A stretch of 64,000 bases of DNA. Source: a virus. The stretch spans positions 1-64,000 of the IMG/VR virus record IMGVR_UViG_3300042382_000102, one strand, 5' to 3'. Below are positions 39,835-49,241 of this stretch, piece after piece (position 1 is the first letter of the stretch; each line of letters starts with the position of its first letter). The notes under the pieces were generated by a model. The model saw only the letters and a list, made by a program, of their open reading frames with translations. It did no database searches and was not told the DNA's origin. A program made the translations under genes and the position numbers.

Positions 39835-41160
39835 TTAAAACATAAAACCTTTAGTGACTGTCTTAGTACCTGAACGAACAGGGAATAAGTATTCAACAGC
39901 ATACCTTAGTGCATCTGTCCAATGTTCTACATTTTCAGACTTAGATATTTGTGCTGTATTAGGGTTATTCTCAACCCATACAGTTCTTTCAAGGGATCGA
40001 ATTGTGTGTTCTGCTCGTGGATGAATATACATGTCTATATCACCATTAGCATTCTTAAATTTACGATTAACAGCAGCTACAGAGTCAACAATAGGAGGAG
40101 CAGCTCTATGTGCTCTACAGACAATGCCATAACTCTCTAAGATAGAGAAGTCAGTGGCTCCAGCAACAGCACTAGTTTTTCTAGCACGTCCTGCAGGATC
40201 TGGATAAGCAAATATCCTGTGTCCCTTGTCCTTAAATTGTGTCTTAAGCTTTTTAGCTAATTGTTCAGTATCGAGTACATTCTGCATATCCTCTAAGATA
40301 TGTATTTGTCCAGCTCTAACAGCAAATACTACTGCGGCCATAATACCAATGTTAAAGTCGATAGCTACATGTACATCTTCTTTGTTTGCTGTCTCTACAT
40401 TGAAGTAAGGGAGATCAGCAGTAACATGAGTCTTACGATCAAACATGTAGAATACCTTAGCACCTGAGTCTTCAAAGGAACACTCATACTCTCGAGCAAA
40501 CTTCATAGGATCGATTAAACGCTTAGTTCTCTCAATCTCTTGTACAGATAAATATGGAGAGTCTCTGTAAGTATATCTAAAGGTTTTCCAACGATTATCC
40601 ATTGTCTCAAAGTTAGTCATGTCATAAAAGTAATTCATACCTTTAGGAGTACCAATAATGAGAGCCTTGTGATTACCTGCCCAACGTGTAGTCATGGCAG
40701 GTTGAATGATAGATTCCCAAGACTCTTTAAGTCCTGGTTGACCTGTCCAGTCAGAGACCTCATCTCCAACAACAAAGTATTGACCTGATCCTCGCATCCT
40801 CTCAGATGCTTCATAAGACCATAACTTAAGCTTAACATTATTTGGAAACCAAAATGTTCCAGCTGTCTGGGAAGACTTTTCAGCATAATCCTCTAGACCT
40901 AAGTTATAGGCTAATAGTGGCCAATAAATATCTAATGACTGTTGATATGTAGGGCAGATGATAGACACATTCTTATTAGGAACATCCTGATCCATCTCCA
41001 GTAACTCATGCACAGCCATTGTAGCAGCAACACTAGCAAGGTAACTTTTACCAAAGCCTCGTGAGGCAACTGTGGCAGCATATCTTGTGCCGCCTTTCTC
41101 AGAGAATAAATACTTTAATACTTCTGACTGACCTCTGTGTAATTTAATTTCATTTGACAT
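39835..41160 (-). CDS. terL: Terminase large subunit
   Basis: Walker A ASRGFGKS, Walker B FVVGDE, GTPKG, FAREYECSF, nuclease IDFN / YPDPAG / HWTDALRY. Confidence 0.93.
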   Translation of the reverse strand: MSNEIKLHRGQSEVLKYLFSEKGGTRYAATVASRGFGKSYLASVAATMAVHELLEMDQDVPNKNVSIICPTYQQSLDIYWPLLAYNLGLEDYAEKSSQTAGTFWFPNNVKLKLWSYEASERMRGSGQYFVVGDEVSDWTGQPGLKESWESIIQPAMTTRWAGNHKALIIGTPKGMNYFYDMTNFETMDNRWKTFRYTYRDSPYLSVQEIERTKRLIDPMKFAREYECSFEDSGAKVFYMFDRKTHVTADLPYFNVETANKEDVHVAIDFNIGIMAAVVFAVRAGQIHILEDMQNVLDTEQLAKKLKTQFKDKGHRIFAYPDPAGRARKTSAVAGATDFSILESYGIVCRAHRAAPPIVDSVAAVNRKFKNANGDIDMYIHPRAEHTIRSLERTVWVENNPNTAQISKSENVEHWTDALRYAVEYLFPVRSGTKTVTKGFMF

Positions 41161-41364
41161 TTAAACGTATAAGTCTACACTATCCTTAGTTAAGACACCC
41201 TTTTTATTCTTTGCATTAATCTCTTCAAGTTTTCGATAGAACTCTGCTATCTCCATTCTAGCTTGGAGGCCTTCTCGGAATACTTTATCAGAAGCTTCCT
41301 TGAGTGCATTGTATTGTTCTTGGTACTTCTTTATGCTGTATTCAGCAGGTGGTTGGACTCTCAT
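41161..41364 (-). CDS. Hypothetical protein
   Basis: 67-aa ORF with AAGGA RBS, abutting terL. Confidence 0.5.
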   Translation of the reverse strand: MRVQPPAEYSIKKYQEQYNALKEASDKVFREGLQARMEIAEFYRKLEEINAKNKKGVLTKDSVDLYV

Positions 41365-41430
41365 AGCTTATCCTTAAAAATGTATACTTTATTACTAAAA
41401 AACTAATATCTAATTAATTTGTATACTTTA

Positions 41431-41829
41431 TTATTCGTTTGTAAACACAATTTTAAGAGGCTTTTTGTCCTCAATCACTTGTTCGGTCTTCTCAGGAACC
41501 TGTCTATAACCATAGCGCATTAACGTGTTCATGACATTGGTTTGTATGTTAAGTAGGTTAGCCATAGCAACAGCAGAGAACCTTGTCTTGCCTTCTTCCA
41601 TGTCCGTAACCTTATCCTGTACAGTGTAGTAGTGCTCCACTAGCTTCTCAATAGGATCAAATCCCAATGTCTGAAGCTTCTTAACAGACTCCTTAGAGTA
41701 TATAGTGGTAGTTCCCTTTGGACGTCCTTGTCCAGGTCGCAAGCCTCCACGCTGACCATAAGTAGTTCTAGCTTTATAGTCTTTACTCGTGGGATCAGGT
41801 GAAGACACTTTTTCATCAGTGTCTGACAT
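41431..41829 (-). CDS. Probable terminase small subunit
   Basis: RGGLRPGQGRPKG motif, helical body, upstream of terL. Confidence 0.6.
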   Translation of the reverse strand: MSDTDEKVSSPDPTSKDYKARTTYGQRGGLRPGQGRPKGTTTIYSKESVKKLQTLGFDPIEKLVEHYYTVQDKVTDMEEGKTRFSAVAMANLLNIQTNVMNTLMRYGYRQVPEKTEQVIEDKKPLKIVFTNE

Positions 41830-41832
41830 AGT

Positions 41833-42132
41833 TTATTTTCCTTGCATTGGGTTCTTGGAGTTGCGTCTAGCTACTGGTTTAGCAGGAGTCTTAACAACAG
41901 GAACAATATTATTGCTGTGTAATTGGATCTTTAGATCAGAGATCATAGTGAGTAACTCATCTTTATCTCTAAGCAGTTTGTCAACTTTACCCTCTAACTT
42001 CTTCACCTCTGACATAAGCAGATTAGTGAGCATATCATGGGCCTCTTGGCGCTGCTTATCTTTGTTATGGAGGTAGGTCCAGAAGGCACCAGTACTTAAC
42101 ACAACAATAGCCACTTGTACGATTGATTCCAT
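41833..42132 (-). CDS. Hypothetical TM + coiled-coil protein (first gene of late operon)
   Basis: Probable start MESIVQ at 42132 with AAGGA RBS; N-terminal TM helix. Confidence 0.55.
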   Translation of the reverse strand: MESIVQVAIVVLSTGAFWTYLHNKDKQRQEAHDMLTNLLMSEVKKLEGKVDKLLRDKDELLTMISDLKIQLHSNNIVPVVKTPAKPVARRNSKNPMQGK

Positions 42133-42369
42133 TTTAATTCCTTTAATTTTGGCGATTTCTATACACATCGGGAGGTACCCTCTATTGGTCGGGAGCCAAT
42201 AGTACCTCTACACAAATGTTACAGAAACATCTAAAATAATATTTTAAAGTACTTTTTAAAGTACTCCTTAAAAATATTTTATAATATTATTTTAATAATA
42301 ACAACAATAACAATAATAATTTAAATATTATTATAGTTAACCCCCTAAATCCCCCTTTTGGGTAGGACT

Positions 42370-42390
42370 CTCTCTTTAGCGTCACCTGGT
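42370..42390 (-). promoter_or_regulatory. Putative phage RNAP promoter, copy 3 (predicted +1 G at 42374)
   Basis: Minus strand ACCAGGTGACGCTAAAGAGAG; one G>T change from the other copies, at the position that is also G/T in SP6 promoters; heads the packaging/structural operon. Confidence 0.8.
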
Positions 42391-42400
42391 CTTTTTTGAC

Positions 42401-42477
42401 AAAAAAAAAAAGAATTACCCCTCCAGAGTACCCTCTAACCACCCCCGAAGGAGCAGCTAAAGAGTACCCTGGAGGGG
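42401..42477 (-). terminator. Very long UUCG-capped hairpin terminator
   Basis: 28-bp uninterrupted stem (7 G-U pairs) at 42418..42477 with C-UUCG-G loop, then TAATTC and T11. Confidence 0.8.
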
Positions 42478-42490
42478 ATCTTTTGGCTAA

Positions 42491-42964
42491 TCATGCATAA
42501 AACACATGATTGCCTATTGTTACAGTTTTAGTAACTTTACTAGCCCACTTTGGTAGGACATAGTGAGCATGATAGAAGATAGAACCATTTGTAGGATCTT
42601 TTAGCTTCCCTTGAACGTAGTTAGATGCAATAGCATGAGCTAACTCGTATCTCTTCCTGTCTTTAGGTGAGTGGTTCTTTAGTAGTTTAACCCAAGAGAA
42701 CTGATTGGGTTGATAGACTACTTGGCAAATAGAGGTTGGATACCCCTGTGATAAGAGTCTATTGATCGTGACAGCTGCAACAGCTATCTGACCCTTTATT
42801 GACTCTCCCCTAGCTTCATGGTAAATGTTATGAGCTAGGCAGTCTACTTCTTTTTTAGGTTGAAACCCTAGATTAAAGAGTTTCGTGTTAATTGAATCTA
42901 GTGCTGTGACAGTAGATAATTGTAGAGGAAAAAGAAGTAGCATTATTAGTGCTAACTTGTTCAT
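42491..42964 (-). CDS. SleB-like cell wall hydrolase (Hydrolase_2)
   Basis: CLAHNIYHEARGE, AVAAVTINR, ICQVVYQPNQFSW, IGNHVFY; signal peptide. Confidence 0.9.
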   Translation of the reverse strand: MNKLALIMLLLFPLQLSTVTALDSINTKLFNLGFQPKKEVDCLAHNIYHEARGESIKGQIAVAAVTINRLLSQGYPTSICQVVYQPNQFSWVKLLKNHSPKDRKRYELAHAIASNYVQGKLKDPTNGSIFYHAHYVLPKWASKVTKTVTIGNHVFYA

Positions 42965-42977
42965 TTTGATCTCTCTT

Positions 42978-42998
42978 TCTCTTTAGCGTCCCCTGGTA
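42978..42998 (-). promoter_or_regulatory. Putative phage RNAP promoter, copy 4 (predicted +1 G at 42981)
   Basis: Minus strand TACCAGGGGACGCTAAAGAGA; +1 is 17 nt upstream of the SleB start codon. Confidence 0.8.
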
Positions 42999-43001
42999 GT
43001 T

Positions 43002-46000
43002 TTAGCTGATAAAGACAGCCTTTGCCTGTTTATTAAATGGGTAACTATTGTTAGGAGTTACTAGCTCATGAGGTCCATAATACCACTCATTGTTAATGTC
43101 TAATGCAATTGTGCATGGACCAGTTCCTGCGATCTCAGTAACCCCTCCCTCATAACCAGCCTTAACGACTATTACTTCAGGGTCTAATTTACTAAGTTGT
43201 TCGATTAATTCTTTAACTTTCATAGTCTAGTCCTAGTTCCCTAGCATCCTCAGCTTTCTTCTCTAAAGCATCCTGAGCTTTATCGAAAGCAAAGTCACGT
43301 TCTTTGTCACCTTTATCACGACCAAAGATCAAATCCCACCTAGCTTCATACTGTTCTTGAGCCACACTAAATGGCCTTGGCTTAGATCCTTTACTCATAT
43401 CTTAATCCCATAGTGCTTGATAATATTTGCCAAATAGCCTAAATCCGTTTTGGATTCTAGCCTCGTGTTTTTCTAGACCTTCCATGTCTATTTTGAATGT
43501 ATCGTTGGGTCCTCTTACCATCTCAGAATAAAATGGATATTCTTTTGATTTAATAAACTGGAGATCATGTGTTCCTGAATAGAACTTTTTATCATGATCA
43601 ATATCAATTTTAGTACTAAATGACCAAATCATTTCATCTAAAATCCAGTCCCATCGCTTAAACCAATTTTCATCTGTATCCCACTCGTTTTCTTTAGGTG
43701 GGGCACTTGTACTTTTAAGATAATCAGGTACGTCATCATCATCTATATTAGGACTACCCTGTTTCTTTTCTTTAAGCAAAAGAAGAGCAGGATGAATAAT
43801 ATAAGCTAATGTATGATCTAAACTCCAGATATCATAGTTGTCAATTGTGACATCAATCTCTCGATCAAGGTCATCGTCACGGTATTCACCAATTAATACT
43901 TTCATACTAAATCTAAATTTTCCCAAAGTTCAGGTACACAACAAATTAGTAGTTCATTCTTTGAGTAACGATAGAATACAAGACGACTAGGTACTCCAAT
44001 ACTATTATTAAGAATATCAAATACTTCTTCACAAAACTGGCCTATATACATAGTACCATTAATAACAGCCTTTATCATATGATGATTATTTTTTGTATAA
44101 AATTCGGTGACAAAAGAGACTAAACAATTTTCATATGTTTCAAATAGTTTATATGAGCCAGATACATATTTAGTTGTGCTATCGATTTTATGCATTTTAC
44201 TTTCCTTATTAAATAATTTTTGCTGAGATAAGATCACCTGTACTATCAAACTCTAACTCAAGATTTTCTATTTCACCATGAGTAGCTACTTTAAATATAG
44301 GTGCTCTGCCAATCTGGATTACATTATACCTATAAATTTTGTTTTTAGGCGTTTCTCTATACTCTACATTTTCATTAAAGCTAGGGAAATTACCACCCAT
44401 TACTGATAGTCTAGGCACATCAACCCATTCGCCTAAGCTATAGTACTGAATTTGCTTATCTTCTAGATAGGCAATAATTAAATCATGATGAGGATGAATT
44501 TTCATACATTTCCTGTGTAATATAGTTGTTTTTCATTAGCTGATTCCTTACATCGGTAGGTAAGAAATAAACACCATCATAGTCTTCTAGTTGCATATCT
44601 TTATCAAACCAAAGACCACCTCCATTTTCGTCACCAAAAATCTTATCTTCAAACCAACCATATCTAGCGTCAGTATTAATCCATATCTCAAACTTATTAG
44701 TTGAGAGGTTTACGTTGTACGAATTCAACACGTACCTCCTCTGGATAAACTAAATTGTAAATAGTATTTAATGTTTCAAAGGTACTATCAGACAGTTGCC
44801 CAACTACAACACTAGTAGTAATCCATCGATTTACTAAGTCTGGTCTACCTTCATGTCCAATACAAAATCCCTTTAACCGATCATGAATACCATCAGAGGA
44901 AACAGCCTCATTATCTAGTTTAACAACTAAAATAGCTAAAGGTTTACCTTTACGAAACTCTAATTCATCTCTGAATACTTTGACTAAGTGTTGACGAGCA
45001 TAGCCTTCATCAAGAATCTTTTCAATATGATTCGTTGATAAATGCTTTAACTTTGACCATACAAGCGGTCCTTTACCTTCTTTGCCATAAGTACCCCATC
45101 GGAACCAATCACGAATTTTAGCATGAGGATCATCATCATAGACTGACAAGTCTTCCCCATTATCTTCATCGTGCCATGTTCTACGGATGTACTGGACACC
45201 ACCATCCACCATATACAACTTACCATTAGCATCTGTATGTTCTACATAGTCATGCACATGACAGGATTGTAATACAGTACCGTCTGGTGTCCTCATTACA
45301 TTAGCTAATAATTTACGTTCATTCACTTAATATCTCCACTATTAGTTAGCCATTCAAATGTATTCCATAATTGTTTAAATTTTAAATCATAGTATTTTGC
45401 TAATACTTCAATATCATTCTCGTTATCAATTCTACGAAGATCCTCAATCACATTCATACATGCAAGGATGTCTTGCTCAAGATCGATTCTTGTGGTTTCT
45501 TTTTCCATACAATGTAAATTCCATTTGCGTTAAGTTTAGCCCATTCAATAGCCTCTTTACGAGTTTTGAATACCTTGTCAAGATTACCCGTTGTCCTACA
45601 AATCCACTTCATTTTCAGCTTTCCAAATATTTATTTCAGATGGTGTCATATAGTATTCCAATATTGCTTGTATGTGAGGTAAAATACTTCTGTCTAAAAC
45701 ATTATTATTTGAACTGTGAGTATTAATAAACTTATAGTTTGCCTTTAATTCTTGAACAATTATTAAGTCAATTTGTTCAGGTTCTAAATCAATAGTTACT
45801 CTAGTCATTTTGCTGCTTCCATATATAATCCTACATTACCTAATGCATAACCTACAAAGGCAATACCTAATCCTGTACTGCCCTTCATAAGTAAATCGAT
45901 TGCTACTACAGTGTATACAACACCTACTACTCCGATCAACCAAGCGCTCATTTTATTTCCTCATAAATAGTGTCATTATATGTGTCTTTAAAAGACCATA

Positions 46001-48093
46001 CTCGATTACAAGAAGAGCAGCTTAACTTACCAGTAGTTACACTTAAATCTACTGCTAAATTATTTCCTTCTTTGTCATACATAGGCGCAGAATAACCACC
46101 TGTCCTATCGGTATCAGTAAGCGTAAACCTACAATCACTTCTCATACAATCTAACAATTTAAAGTTTTTCATGTGTGTTCAATTATTTTAATACCAGCCT
46201 CTTTAATAGCTGACATACAGATCGGACAAGGTTTGGCATTTAATGAATCACCCTGTCTGCCGTATCTAGCTACAAAGATTCTGTGAGCTTTGTTTAAATC
46301 TTTACATTTAAGAATAGCATGTACCTCTGCGTGTAAATATATTTTATATGGTTCACCAACCCCCACAGCATGTTTTGCCATAAGAGGGTGGCTCTTCACA
46401 TAATTATTTTGACCTACAGAAAGTACACGTCCCTTCTTATCATATAAGATAGCAGTCAGGGCATGCTTAGTCATTACTCGTAATCGTAATCCCAGTCAAT
46501 ATCTTTTTGGTTTAAAAATGCATCACTGATTTCATCAAGAATATCTTCCTTAATAATATCTGTAACATCTACCCCTTTAAGACTAACAGAGATTACATTT
46601 GCTACCGCATCATAATCTGGGTCAAGTTGTAGACCTGTACCGTATTCTCGAGAACCCCTCTCACCTGGCTCATACTCAATTTTACAATCAAGAAATAAAC
46701 TTCCATATTTAAAAGTATAATCGTGATCTCTAAAATAAACTTTAGTTGTACTCATATTACCTCATGTGTAAAGCTTGGATTAAAATATTAATGGATTGGA
46801 TTACCATTTGCTGTCGTTGGATTCCTAACTTATGCCAATCAGGTAAAGGTTCAGGCCATTTAGCACGAATAGCATCATAGTACTTTTCTACATCGCTCAT
46901 TCTAACTTCAACTCCATTTCACAATAAACATCATCATTAAAACGTTCAGCAACCCACTCTTCAGGATCACCTGTTCTAGCTTTCTTTATACCATAAGGTA
47001 TATCATCAAAATAGTGGTCATAAAGGTCTTGAAATAATTCGTCTGACATATCCCATCTTTCTAAAAAATTAGGAATTTCTTCCTTGTGCTTTTCACATAT
47101 TTCAGTTAGTGTCATAAATCTGTTCTGCTAAATTACAGATGTCCCAGAATGGTGCTCTACGAATTGATGCATTATCTGGCAATTCAATCCAAAAGTCATT
47201 CCAGAAATAAGGGGTATTCATCTTCATATTGCGATCAATATAATACTTTCTTACAGTATTAAAAATATGAATATAGTAATCATGAGCATAAACTAACTCA
47301 ACTACTTTTGCATGTTCTTCATCTGAGATCATATTCAACCTTGTTTAAAAATACTTCTGCATCTTCTTTAGTTTTAAATGGTCCATAGATATTATCTGAA
47401 TCATAGTGATAAGCAGTAAATGTATTATCATTAGGGTCTTCAGTTACATCACCAATTGGATAGCCAAATAAATCTTCAAGAGTATAAACTATTTTCATAC
47501 TGTGTTTCCTAAGAATGTCCATGTTTTAGGTAATATAAATCCAAACTCTCTCTTGAATTTGAATCTCATAAATACCTGAAGTTCTTCAAATGTCTTTTCT
47601 AATAAAACTTTCTTTATATAGATTTGTGCTAATATTTGCCTTGTCTTTTTATCTAATAATTGAACTTTAATTGTACCGTCTTTCTCTGGTCTAAAACGAT
47701 TATATGCAATAATGACTTGCTCCAATTTAACATTTTTATTGGCGTTCATTCTCGATTACCCTATAAAGTTCTTTTCTTAAAATAGCTAACTCGTCTAGAG
47801 TGTCAACTGTTGCTTCTCCTGAGATTTGTATTAGGCTTAGTAGCAAGAATCGTTTAACGATTTTATCTTGCTCTCGAATTAACTTATTTACTACTTTAAT
47901 CAATCCAAGTTGCTCCTACTACTGATGGATAAAATCCGCTTACCATATTATTTTTCTTTACATATACTAATCCAGTAGAACTAGAGTTATGTGGTTTAAC
48001 GAAACTAACAATTTCACAAAGATCACCACGGAAGGTTTTAACTTTATCTCCTTCCATTACACAACGACCTGTATCATCATAAACTAGTTTCAT
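43002..48093 (-). other. Cluster of ~20 small, tightly packed hypothetical phage genes
   Basis: Abutting or overlapping 48-210 aa minus-strand ORFs (e.g. 43402..43926, 44697..45326, 46474..46755); only the deaminase is recognisable. Confidence 0.7.
46169..46474 (-). CDS. Zn-dependent cytidine/dCMP deaminase-like protein
   Basis: HAE and KPCPIC motifs. Confidence 0.75.
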   Translation of the reverse strand: MTKHALTAILYDKKGRVLSVGQNNYVKSHPLMAKHAVGVGEPYKIYLHAEVHAILKCKDLNKAHRIFVARYGRQGDSLNAKPCPICMSAIKEAGIKIIEHT

Positions 48094-48095
48094 GT

Positions 48096-49241
48096 TTACT
48101 CCTTGTATAATATATCAAACAAATACTCAATTACTTGATGCTCTTCATAACCTACACGAATCATATCTTCTGCATCAAGAATAACTTCCTCTGTTAATGC
48201 ATTTCTATTTAAGAATTTAATTGCAGTATCTGGATTTTCAGGATGAATAAAGTTAGCTACTAAGTTTAATAACTCTGTCTTTAAACCAAACTTAGCATCT
48301 GCTAAACAATCAATCAACGCAGTAGCTTCTTCCGTATATGTTGTTGGACCTACAGGATCTTCATCGTTATCTAAACCATAATCAGCAGAAGGAGTTCCAT
48401 AGTTACTATAGCCATAAGCATCTTTATTATAGGTAGGGAATGAGGTATAATAAGTAGGCGCAAGCTCATCTGGATCTGGTAAACTTGGATCACGAACTAC
48501 TGGTAATTTATCCCATTGCATTTCTAATACAGCTTTAGCTAAGTCTTCAAAGTGAATTATATCTAATTTTTCATTAGGTGTATGTTCAGAATAATAACCA
48601 ACACTAATATTAGTACATTCAGGGATTATTCCAGAGAATTCAGCAGTATCAGTATAAACACCAGTATCATCAGGGACATACATAAAATCAGGGCATAAAT
48701 CGTTAAGCTGATCAGATAATGCGTAAGCAAAATCATCAGAGCAAGTACGACCACACATTTGATGAGTAATAACACTATGAGTTCCTTTACGATCAAATGT
48801 AATTGCCTTAGTAAACTGTTCAACTAATTCTTGATCATTTAACGCTAGCCAGCTAGAACCGATACCGCCTTTTTCTTCGCCTTGAAAGAACACATAGTAA
48901 CCAGGTACTCTATGGTCAATCATATGAAGTAAAATAGCAACACCTGCACCGTCATCAGCGCCAAGAGGTTTTCCACCATCAGCTAATAAGTATTGGCCCT
49001 CATATTTAAAAGTATTAAAGCCATCTTCACGATGTACAGTGTCTACGTGAGCAGTAAACATAGTTTCGTTAGATGAATCATCTCTCATGTCAACATGAAT
49101 ATTACCACAGAAATCTACGGATAGATCTCCCTCACCAACACGTTCTACAATATAGTTACATAGCGCAGTTACTCCAGTTCCACCATGTGGTCTCTTGAAG
49201 GATAACGCATATTCTAGATCTTTGATTAATTGAGTCTTCAT
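48096..49241 (-). CDS. Zn-dependent peptidase (M20/M28-like)
   Basis: TAHVDTV, LGADDGAG, EEKG, FDRKG, NISVGYYSEHT metal-ligand motifs. Confidence 0.8.
   Translation of the reverse strand: MKTQLIKDLEYALSFKRPHGGTGVTALCNYIVERVGEGDLSVDFCGNIHVDMRDDSSNETMFTAHVDTVHREDGFNTFKYEGQYLLADGGKPLGADDGAGVAILLHMIDHRVPGYYVFFQGEEKGGIGSSWLALNDQELVEQFTKAITFDRKGTHSVITHQMCGRTCSDDFAYALSDQLNDLCPDFMYVPDDTGVYTDTAEFSGIIPECTNISVGYYSEHTPNEKLDIIHFEDLAKAVLEMQWDKLPVVRDPSLPDPDELAPTYYTSFPTYNKDAYGYSNYGTPSADYGLDNDEDPVGPTTYTEEATALIDCLADAKFGLKTELLNLVANFIHPENPDTAIKFLNRNALTEEVILDAEDMIRVGYEEHQVIEYLFDILYKE

Noticed and set aside
3118-42998. The 21-29 bp repeated motif as a CRISPR repeat, att site or IS end
   Set aside because: Copies are dispersed over 40 kb, all in one orientation, with no spacers, cas genes, integrase or transposase; a promoter fits better.
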